This document shows positions 1 through 10,400 of a stretch of DNA of 24,697 nucleotides, piece by piece. Location: positions 1 through 24,697 of the forward strand of contig CAXIUT010000099.1 in assembly GCA_964035545.1 (NCBI GenBank), read 5' to 3'. Below the pieces are notes generated by a model. The model was not told the DNA's origin. It saw only the letters and a list, made by a program, of their open reading frames with translations, and made no database searches. The translations under genes and the position numbers were made by a program. Source of the stretch: Bugula neritina (lineage: Eukaryota > Animalia > Bryozoa). Every line of letters begins with the position of its first letter. Within the stretch, counting starts at the first letter, position 1.

Positions 1-93
1 CCCAACCCCAACCCCAACCCCAACCCCAACCCCAACCCCAACCCCAACCCAACCCAACCCCAACCCCAACCCCAACCCCAACCCCAACCCCCC
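1..93. repeat. Left telomere, (CCCCAA)n
   Basis: Tandem CCCCAA with a few CCCAA variants at the window start; this is the Tetrahymena-type ciliate telomere repeat. Confidence 0.98.
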
Positions 94-178
94 TAAATGA
101 TAGCCGATAATATTCTTAAATTAATATTGTTTATTATTCATGATAATTATTAGTAAAATGGATAATGGGATGAATCAA

Positions 179-322
179 TCATGCACATATTCCTTGTTTG
201 TTTATCATACCATGAGGACATTGCTGGACACAGGCATCAGCTGTCCTTAATCTATTGGGACAGCTTGCGAAACAGAATGAGTTGTAGAAGAAGTTTTCTT
301 TAGACTCATTGCTCCAGTTCAT
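179..322 (-). pseudogene. Relic copy 1 of the 3' end of the Cys-rich gene (7419-12257)
   Basis: About 105-298 aligns closely with 7350-7537 (codons for ...CFASCP...CVQQCPHGMINKQGICA-TGA plus 3' flank); no full-length gene upstream. Confidence 0.85.
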
Positions 323-461
323 ATGTAGTCTATCGATATGTTTTATTCTTTGATTTTTAAGTGGATTTCCTCTTGTTGTAAAGTATTTGAGGTAGTGAAA
401 GGATTTTTGGCTGAGAATTGGAGCTGCCTTTTGTTTCTAGACTATGCCTTGTCATGTTTTA

Positions 462-923
462 TGTTTTTCTTCAGTTGTGATATATTTTACCATCGATTAT
501 TTGTAGTTTATCATGTGAAAATATCATGATGTCTTGGCTCTCCTTAGGAGTCTAACAAGTTGTAAATTAAACTTGATTCTTTTTATTGAGACAGGTAGTA
601 GTCAATGCGATCATTTTGACTCTGCTATCATGAATAGATTCTATTGAAGATGATGGAACGTGTCAGCCTTTCAAGGAAATCAAATAATATCAAGTACTTT
701 GAGCTTTATATCTGAGCTTTATTTCATAAAAAATCAAATTTTCTATTTCTAAAGTGTTTAGTTTTCTATAGTTTAAATTTACTAGTTAAATGTGGTTTTC
801 TAAAACTCAGCGATTAGAAATTATAAATCGAATCGTTATTTAAATAGAACATAATTTAAATGTTAAAGTTTCTCTTCCCTCTTCTTATCAGCTTGTTCGT
901 GGTAAGCTACTGTCAATCCACTT
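462..923 (+). repeat. Duplicated upstream region plus signal-peptide codons (copy A; copy B at 3533-3994)
   Basis: Appears identical by eye to 3533-3994 at offset 3071, ending just after the codons for MLKFLFPLLISLFVVSYCQST. Confidence 0.9.
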
Positions 924-3107
924 CCCTTCCCAGTATTTATCTAATAAGTTCCTACTTTCATTCAAATATGCTTGCAGAAAAGGAATCCCTCTAAGCTCAT
1001 GCAAGGCTCAACTCATTTGGAATGATCAAGTAGTCTCATCAATTAGCCCCAGTGACCACAAGATTCACAACTATAAGGTCAGGCTTTACGCTTAAATAGG
1101 ACCTAACAAACTCCAATTCTCTGGATCAGGGAAAAGTGATAGCTACGGTCTCATCATCGACAATGTTAAGATGATCAGAACTGGAACCAAAGAAGATATT
1201 GTAGTCAACGGAGACTTCTAAAAGCCAAGAGTTGGAAAAGGATGGAAAATCTTCAATAAAATTCCTGGATGGAAAGGAAAAGGAATTGAGGTTGGATGGG
1301 GAAAAATATACAATAATGGATGGAATAGTCAAGTAGTCGAACTTGATGGAAACAAAAATTATGCCATCACTCAACTTTGGAATTTTGATGATGATTATAA
1401 AATTGTCAGTTCTGGGTCTCTTGATTCTTCGAACCATCGTCTCAATCACAACCTTAATCGCCTGGAACACTGCCATCACCTGGAAGCCCTCCATCAAACT
1501 CAATATTGTCTGGCCCTCTTTAGAAAAAATTCAAACTTACTTTCCAATATGCTTGTAGAAGCGGTATTTCTTTAAACATCTGCAAAGGAAAAGTCATCTG
1601 GAATGATGAAATTATGGATATCAATCCAACTAACAAATTTGTTAAAACCTATTCAGTATGGGTTGATGTCAAACCAGGATAAAATTATCTCCTATTCAGA
1701 GGAGCAAGAGGTTCTAAAATATAAGGTCTCATGATTGGTCATGTTTAGTTAGTCAGAAAAGGAGAAATAGACAATATTGTTAAAAATGGAAATTTCAAAA
1801 GGCCAAATATTGGACAGGGTTAATTAATCTTTGATACAATACCTGGGTGGACCGGAACTAAAGTCGAGCTTACATGGGGAAAACGATACAATAGTAGATG
1901 GAACGGACAAGTAGTAAAACTCGATGGAAAAAAACAATACTTCATCTCTCAACATTGGAATTTTGATAAAGACTTTAATGAAATCAGTAGCAACCCTCTT
2001 AATCCTCCTCTTCCATCACCTTCATCACCTTAATCACCTTAGTCACCTTAATCACCTTCATCACCTTAATCACCTTAATTACCTTAATTACCTTCATCAC
2101 CTTAATCACCTTAATTACCTTAATTACCTTAATCACCTTAATCACCTTAGTCACCTTCATCGCCTTCATCACCTTAATCACCTTAATCACCTTCATCACC
2201 TTAATTACCTTAGTCACTTTAGTCACCTTAATCACCTTAATCTCCTTAATCACCTTCATCACCTTCATCACCTTCATCACCTTAGTCACCTTCATCACCT
2301 TAGTCACCTTCATCACCTTAATCTCCTTAATCGCCTTAATCTCCTTCATCACCTTAGTCACCTTCATCACCTTAGTCACCTTCATCACCTTAGTCACCTT
2401 CATCACCTTCATCACCTTAATCACCTTAATCTCCTTAATCACCTTAATCTCCTTAATCACCTTCATCGCCTTAATCACCTTAATTACCTTAGTCACCTTA
2501 ATTACCTTAATCACCTTAATTACCTTCATCACCTTAATCACCTTAATCTCCTTAGTCACCTTAATCTCCTTAATCTCCTTAGTCACCTTAGTCACCTTAA
2601 TCTCCTTAATCACCTTAATCACCTTCCACCCTTTCGAATAAATTCAAACTTACTTTCAAATATGCTTGCAGAATTGCTATTCCTTTTAACTCATGCCAAG
2701 GAAAAGTCACTTGGAATGGTCAAGCTATGTTTATCAATCCAACTAGCCATTAAATTCAAAAATACTAAGCATAAGTTGATGCCAAGTAAGGACAAAATTC
2801 TCTGAAATTCTAAGGAGCTGGACTTAGTGATAGCTGTGGTCTCATTATTGACAATGTTCGGCTGGTCAGATAAGGATGCAACAAAAATATTGTTGTCAAC
2901 GGAAACTTTGAGGATCCGTATGTCGGAAGAGATTGGAAACTCTTCAATAACATTCCGGGATGGAGTGGACAAGAAATATAAGTTGGATGGGGACAGATAT
3001 ACAATAGCGGATGGGGATAGAGAAATCAAGTAATAGAACTCGATGGAAACCATAATTATGCCATGACTCAACTTTGGAATTTCGATTCCTCTTATCGCCT
3101 AATATGA
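860..3107 (+). CDS. Secreted protein with 3 DUF642/galactose-binding-like domains and an (S-P-E/S)n linker; two 1-nt frameshifts
   Basis: Signal peptide MLKFLFPLLISLFVVSYC. Domains read FLLSFKYACRKG...WND...GSGKSDSYGLIIDNVK...IVVNGDF(E)KP...IPGW...IEVGWG...VVELDGN...TQLWNFD. TGA at 3105-3107. Compared with the paralogue at 3931, one base is missing near 929-932 and one near 1432-1435 (read error or young pseudogene). Confidence 0.8.
2016..2624 (+). repeat. Coding 9-bp minisatellite TCACCT(TAA/TCA/TAG), about 68 units, encoding Ser-Pro-Glu/Ser
   Basis: 9-nt period is visible and in frame with the flanking domains as S-P-x. The His/Leu and Lys/Val ORFs in the track are off-frame readings. Confidence 0.95.
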
Positions 3108-3230
3108 AAGCTTGAATGATATCTAAACTATTTTAAATCTAATATTATCATAAAAACTATCATTTTCCAGGCATAAAAATTGTTTTATTATTCATGATAA
3201 TATTAGTAAAATAGATAATGGATGAATCAA

Positions 3231-3393
3231 TCATGCACATATTCCTTGTTTGTTTATCATACCGTGAGGACATTGCTGGATACAAGCATCAGCTGTCCTC
3301 AATCCATTGGGACAGCTTGCGATACAGAATGAGTTGTGGAAGAAGTTTCCTTTAGACTCATTGCTCCAATCCTGGCCATAAGAATAGTTCATA
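3231..3393 (-). pseudogene. Relic copy 2 of the 3' end of the Cys-rich gene, with internal deletion
   Basis: 3178-3349 matches 7366-7538. The adjacent 3354-3391 (minus strand gaactattcttatggccaggattggagcaatgagtct) resembles ~7965-8001 (gaactgtccctatggccaggacttgagcaatggagtct). Confidence 0.85.
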
Positions 3394-3930
3394 TGTAGTC
3401 TATCAATATGTTTTATTCTTTGATTTTTACGTGGAGTTTCTCTTGTTGTAAAGTATTTGAAGTAGTAAAAGGGTTTTTGATACGAGAATTGGAGTTGCCT
3501 TTTGTTTCTAGACTATGCCTTGTCATGTTTTTTGTTTTTCTTCAGTTGTGATATATTTTACCATCGATTATTTGTAGTTTATCATGTGAAAATATCATGA
3601 TGTCTTGGCTCTCCTTAGGAGTCTAACAAGTTGTAAATTAAACTTGATTCTTTTTATTGAGACAGGTAGTAGTCAATGCGATCATTTTGACTCTGCTATC
3701 ATGAATAGATTCTATTGAAGATGATGGAACGTGTCAGCCTTTCAAGGAAATCAAATAATATCAAGTACTTTGAGCTTTATATCTGAGCTTTATTTCATAA
3801 AAAATCAAATTTTCTATTTCTAAAGTGTTTAGTTTTCTATAGTTTAAATTTACTAGTTAAATGTGGTTTTCTAAAACTCAGCGATTAGAAATTATAAATC
3901 GAATCGTTATTTAAATAGAACATAATTTAA

Positions 3931-6900
3931 ATGTTAAAGTTTCTCTTCCCTCTTCTTATCAGCTTGTTCGTGGTAAGCTACTGTCAATCCACTTGCTCTC
4001 CTTAATATCTGTCTGATGAGTTCCTGCTTTCATTTGATTATGCATGCAGAAAAGGAATCCCTCTAGACTCATGTAAGACCCAAATACTTTGGAATGGTCA
4101 AGTAGTCTCATCAATTAGCCCTCATGATCATAATATTCACACTTATTATGTCTGGCTTTACGCTGAGATAGGACCAAACAAACTTCAATTCTCTGGATCA
4201 GGGAAAAGTGATAGTTATGGTCTCACTATTGACAACGTTAAAATGATAAGATATGGAACCTAAGAAGATATAATAGTCAACGGAGACTTCTAAAAGCCAT
4301 GTGTTGGAAAAAGACAGAAAATCCTCAATAACATTCCTGGATGGAGTGGAAAAGGAATCTAAGTTGGATGGGGAAAACTATACAATAGTGGATGGAATAG
4401 TCAAGTAGTAGAACTTGATGGAAACAAAAATTATGTCCTGACTCAACTTTGGAACTTTGATGATGACTTCAACATCATCAATAGCTGCCTTCTTCATCCT
4501 TCAGTACCATCACCACATCCATAGCCTCTATTGCCTCCATCATCTCCATCATCATCTTTATCATCTCCATCATCTCCATCGCCTTCATCTTCTCTATCGC
4601 CTCCATCATCTTTATCACTTCCATAGCCTCCATCATCTCCATCGCCTTCATCTTCTCTATCGCCTCCATCATCTTCATCACTTCCATAGCCTCCATCATC
4701 TCCATAGTCTCTATAGCCTCCATCATCTCCATCACTTCCATAGCCTCCATCATCTCCCCCCCTTTAGAAATAATTCAAACTTACTTTGAATTACAATTGC
4801 AAAAGTGGTGTTCTTTATAACTTATGCAAAGGAAAAGTCATTTGGAATGGTAAAACTATGTATATCAACCCGACTAACCACCATATTCAGACCTTCTCAG
4901 CATGGGTTGACGCAAAGTAAGGACAAAATTATCTTCAATTAAGAGGAGCTAGAGGTAGTGAAAATTAAGGTCTCATTATTGACAATGTTAAGGTGGTCAG
5001 AAAAGGATGTGTTGACAATATTGTTGAGAATGGAAACTTCTAAAAACCAAGTGTTGGACGTAATTGGAAAATCTTTAGTAGCATTCCTGGCTGGAGTGGA
5101 ACTGGAGTCGAGATTGGATGGGGAAAAATATACAATGCTAAATGGAATAGTCAAGTAGCCAAACTCGATGGAAAGAAAAAATATGTCCTCACTCAAGTTT
5201 GGAACTTCGATAAAAACTTCAACCAAATCAAAAGCTCTCTTCATCCTTCACCTTCTCCAATACCTGCCCTATCAACCAGCACTCTTGAGAAAAAGTTTTT
5301 ACTGACTTTGAATTACAATTGCAAAAGTGGTGTTCTTTATAACTTATGCAAAGGAAAAGTCATTTGGAATGGTAAAACTATGCATATCAACCCGACTAAC
5401 CACCATATTCAGACCTTCTCAGCATGGGTTGACGCAAAGTAAGGACAAAATTATCTCTAATTAAGAGGAGCTAAAGGTTGCTAGAATGAAGGGCTCGTTA
5501 TTGACAATGTTAAGGTGGTCAGAAAAGGAGATATAGACAATATTGTTGAGAATGGAAACTTCTAAAAACCAAGTGTGGGACGTAATTGGAAAATCTTTAG
5601 TAGCATTCCTGGCTGGAGTGGGAATGGAGTCGAGATTGGATGGGGAAAAATATACAATGCTAAATGGAATAGTCAAGTAGCCAAACTCGATGGAAAGAAA
5701 AAATATGTCCTCACTCAAGTTTGGAACTTCGATAAAAACTTCAACTAAATCAAAAGCTGCTCTCTTCATCCTTCACCTTCTCCATTACCTGCCCTACCAA
5801 CCAGCACTCTTGAGAAAAAGTTTTTACTGACTTTGAATTACAATTGCAAAAGTGGTGTTCTTTATAACTTATGCAAAGGAAAAGTCATTTGGAATGGTAA
5901 AACTATGTATATCAACCCGACTAACCACCATATTCAGACCTTCTCAGCATGGGTTGACGCAAAGTAAGGACAAAATTATCTTCAATTAAGAGGAGCTAGA
6001 GGTAGTGAAAATTAAGGTCTCATTATTGACAATGTCAAGGTGGTCAGAAAAGGATGTGTTGACAATATTGTTGAGAATGGAAACTTCTAAAAACCAAGTG
6101 TTGGACGTAATTGGAAAATCTTTAGTAGCATTCCTGGCTGGAGTGGAACTGGAGTCGAGATTGGATGGGGAAAAATATACAATGCTAAATGGAATAGTCA
6201 AGTAGCCAAACTCGATGGAAAGAAAAAATATGTCCTCACTCAAGTTTGGAACTTCGATAAAAACTTCAACTAAATCAAAAGCTGCTCTCTTCATCCTTCA
6301 CCTTCTCCATTACCTGCCCTACCAACCAGCACTCTTGAGAAAAAGTTTTTACTGACTTTGAATTACAATTGCAAAAGTGGTGTTCTTTATAACTTATGCA
6401 AAGGAAAAGTCATTTGGAATGGTAAAACTATGCATATCAACCCGACTAACCACCATATTCAGACCTTCTCAGCATGGGTTGACGCAAAGTAAGGACAAAA
6501 TTATCTCTAATTAAGAGGAGCTAAAGGTTGCTAGAATGAAGGGCTCGTTATTGACAATGTTAAGGTGGTCAGAAAAGGAGATATAGACAATATTGTTGAG
6601 AATGGAAACTTCTAAAAACCAAGTGTGGGACGTAATTGGAAAATCTTTAGTAGCATTCCTGGCTGGAGTGGAACTGGAGTCGAGATTGGATGGGGAAAAA
6701 TATACAATGCTAAATGGAATAGTCAAGTAGCCAAACTCGATGGAAAGAAAAAATATGTCCTCACTCAAGTTTGGAACTTCGATAAAAACTTCAACTAAAT
6801 CAAAAGCTGCTCTCTTCATCCTTCACCTTCTCCATTACCTGCCCTACCAACCAGCACTCTTGAGAAAAAGTTTTTACTGACTTTGAATTACAATTGCAAA

Positions 6901-7341
6901 AGTGGTGTTCTTTATAACTTATGCAAAGGAAAAGTCATTTGGAATGGTAAAACTATGCATATCAACCCGACTAACCACCATATTCAGACCTTCTCAGCAT
7001 GGGTTGACGCAAAGTAAGGACAAAATTATCTCTAATTAAGAGGAGCTAAAGGTTGCTAGAATGAAGGGCTCGTTATTGACAATGTTAAGGTGGTCAGAAA
7101 AGGAGATATAGACAATATTGTTGAGAATGGAAACTTCTAAAAACCAAGTGTGGGACGTAATTGGAAAATCTTTAGTAGCATTCCTGGCTGGAGTGGAACT
7201 GGAGTCGAGATTGGATGGGGAAAAATATACAATGCTAAATGGAATAGTCAAGTAGCCAAACTCGATGGAAAGAAAAATCAATCAATCAAACAAAGCTGGA
7301 AATTCAATTACTCTTACCACCTTTTATAAAAACTTCAATGA
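3931..7341 (+). CDS. Secreted 1136-aa protein with 6 tandem DUF642/galactose-binding-like domains and a Pro/Ser linker
   Basis: One frame from ATG 3931 to TGA 7339-7341 when TAA/TAG are read through. Signal peptide, domain 1, P/S linker (~4498-4761), then five near-identical domains. No TM or GPI-like tail. Confidence 0.9.
4498..4761 (+). repeat. Coding Pro/Ser-rich low-complexity linker (CCTCCATCATCT-based)
   Basis: Degenerate repeats translating as PPSSPSPSSSLSPPSS..., in frame with the 3931 gene. Confidence 0.85.
4783..7277 (+). repeat. Five tandem 522-525-bp coding repeats (175-aa domain plus linker)
   Basis: Anchor actttgaattacaattgc occurs at 4783, 5305, 5830, 6355 and 6880 (periods 522, 525, 525, 525). 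Confidence 0.97.
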
Positions 7342-7418
7342 TTGTCCAATAATATTTTAAATTAATATTGTTTTATTCTTCATGATAATATTAGTAAAAT
7401 AGATAATGGATGAATCAA

Positions 7419-10400
7419 TCATGCACATATTCCTTGTTTGTTTATCATACCGTGAGGACATTGCTGGACACAGGCATCAGCTGTCCTTAATCCATTGGGA
7501 CAGCTTGCGAAACAGAATGAGTTGTGGAAGAAGTTTCCAGGGCCACAAACTCTTTTGCATTGATTTCCATCTCTAAAAGTACCAATAGGACATTACTGGA
7601 CACATGCTCTGTTGTATGAATATTTCCCTGAAGGACAAGAAGTCACTCTTTGACATCCTCCGTTGATTGGCTCAAAAGAGTTATCGCAGACAATACAGAA
7701 AGATGAGCTGAAGCAGTTCATACAGTTTGGTGAGCAAGTTTTGCAGTGTCTTGAGTTGAAATCAGGGTAGTTACCAGTTGGACAGGCTCCTACGCACATA
7801 CCATCATAGATGAATTGATTAGAGTTGCAGACTGGACCACTAGGAGTATGACTTCTTCTGACACAACCTCCATAAGCGTTGGGAACATATCCGTTGAAAC
7901 ATCCTCCGTAGATACACATCTCTCCTTCGAAGAAGTAAAATCCTGGGTCACAGATATTGGCACAGACTCCATTGCTCAAGTCCTGGCCATAGGGACAGTT
8001 CACTTCTGAAATGCATTTCTTTGAAGCAGTATCAATAGAATATCCTGAAATGCATTTGGTGCATGAATGGATGCTACCTGAGCATTCAGCGCAGTTGGAG
8101 TCACAAGGTCTGCAGCTGCCATCGATGGAAGTAAAACCTGATCCACAGCTAGTTACACACTGACCTGAAGAAACAATTCCGGAAGAGCATTGGCAAACTC
8201 CATTGACTGGTCTGGCTCCTACTGGACATGAATGTTGACATTTTCCTTGGAAGTAGTAGAATCCACTGAGACAAGAAGTACAGGCTCCTGAACCATCGCA
8301 AGATGAGCAAGGATAAGGACAGTCAGCACAGATACCAGCTCTTGGTTTAATATTGGAGTTGGCACAAGAAGTACAGAAGTGTCTAGATGAACAGGTTGAG
8401 CAAGAAGAATCACAGGTGATACAAGATTTACTTTATCTATTGTAGAATTGATATCTGAGGCAACCTTTTTGACAGATTGAACCTGTTTTAACATAGCCAT
8501 CGGCACACTGAAGACAGTTTTGAGGAGTAATTTTGCAGCCATAACAACTTTCTGAGCAGGCGACACAGTGACCTTGGAAGGCAAATTCATTTTATCCACA
8601 TACAGTAGTACAAGAGCCGTTAATTGATACTGATCCATGAAGACAAGAGGTGCAATTGCTAGGTCCTCCTTCACAAGTGGTACATTGAATAGAACAAGGA
8701 GCACATTCAGTGACTGAAACTTTGTAGAAAGCATCGGGACAGGTATCAGTGCATGATGCATTTCTTCCAACTAATTGAAGAGAAATAGCAGGACATTGAG
8801 CCCAACATCCTCCTTGATAAAGAATTTGTCCATATGGACATGAGACACAGTTAGTAGATGAACCAAGGCAGGTAGCACATCTAAAGTCACAGATTCGACA
8901 GACGCCCTTTTCAGCATAAGTGCCATCAACGCATTTCAAGACACAACTTTGGTGATCGTAAGAAGTTTGAAGATATCCGAATCCATTCAGGCAGCTAGTG
9001 CAGTATGAAGGGTGATTAATGCATGTTTTACATGGTTTATTACATGGAGAGCAAACCCAGTTTCCTGAGGATTTATCACCAATGGTTCCAGATGGGCAGA
9101 CATTGTAGCAATTTCCTTTATACATGAAGAAGCCATCTTTACAGTAGTAGCAAATTTTATTTTGAGTGCATCTTTGGCAACCTTCTGAGCATCCTACACA
9201 AACAGATCCAACAGCAGTAAATCCATCATTGCAAGATGGTAGACAAGCTGATCCTTGGAGGAAAAGAGGACTGATACAACTAGTACAGTTAGTTGGTGAA
9301 CTACATTTTTAGCATCCACTGGGGCAAGGCAAGCAGTCTCCATTTGCAGCAACATAGTTTCTAGCTGAGCAAATACATTTGTTATCAGCTGTTTTGGTGT
9401 ATGAAGTTTTGCAAGTGGTACAGGTGTTGACATCGACACATTTGATACAGTTGGTTCCACAAGCAGCACAGTATCTAACTCCATTAGGTGAGACAGTGAA
9501 ATAAGTTTAAGCAGGGCAGATGCAAGATCCATTTCCACTAGGAGTAGATAAAGCAACGCATGAATCGCATTTGGTGGCTGAGGAGCAGATACTACAGCCA
9601 GTTGAACAAGGAACACAAGTATTGTTGGAATTTGCGTAATATCCAGGCATGCAGACGCAGATGCTTTCTGGAAGTTTGATGACTCTGTTTTTAGAGGAAA
9701 GACATTTGATGCAGAGTTTTAGGCCTTGCTAGCATTGAGAACAGAAGGGATCGGCATTGCAGTTTGATTGGATGCATGAACCGTCAGCTGTTGAGTAATA
9801 TCCTGGTTGACAGAGACAAGTTTGTTGTCCATTGCTGTCTACTCCAGAGACTCTATTTTTAGAGGCATCGCAAGAAGTGCAGAAATTGGGAGATGTAATA
9901 CATGTTTTACAATGAGGTTCACATAGTTAGCAAGTTTTAGTTTGGTTAGTGTGATAGATCTCATAATATCCATCCATACAGTTGCAGACTGTTCCTTTCA
10001 AAATTCTTTTAAGAGTAGAATTGCAACCAGTACAAGCTGACGAATTGGTGCAAGTTAAACATGTTTGAGAGCAAGTTGAACAGTTGGCAGCTCCAGTATC
10101 AAAGAATCCTGTGATGCAAGCACATCCTTGACTAAGATCTCTTCGAAGAGGATCAACACAGGCTGTGCAAGTAGCTGCTGGTGAGCTACAATTTTGACAT
10201 TAAGTGGGACATTGTTGACAAGTGGTTCCATTGACAAAGTATCCATTACCACAAGTGCATGATAAACTAACATTGTCATGATTAGCTCCAGTCACACAAG
10301 TGGTGCATTTAGCTGGATCACTTGGCAAGCAAATAGAACAGTAAAGAGCGCTACAAGGGAAGCATTGGAAGGTTTTAGTGGAATCAAGATAAAATCCACT

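Noticed and set aside
925-1440. Euplotes-like programmed +1 frameshifting
   Set aside because: No AAA-TAR slippery site at the shifts, the shifts are single-base losses, and the telomere type and code differ from Euplotes.
2016-2624. Possible CRISPR array or variant telomere
   Set aside because: No unique spacers, eukaryotic context, and the repeat is in-frame coding sequence.
1924-2805. His/Leu-rich 293-aa ORF and antisense Lys/Val ORF (1999-2622)
   Set aside because: Off-frame and antisense readings of the 9-bp repeat; the frame continuous with the flanking domains encodes S-P-E/S.
4457-4789. His-rich and Met/Glu-rich ORFs
   Set aside because: Alternative frames of the Pro/Ser linker.
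4939-7281. Repeated minus-strand ~102-aa ORFs (MKRAAFDLVEV...)
   Set aside because: Antisense shadows of the plus-strand domain repeats.
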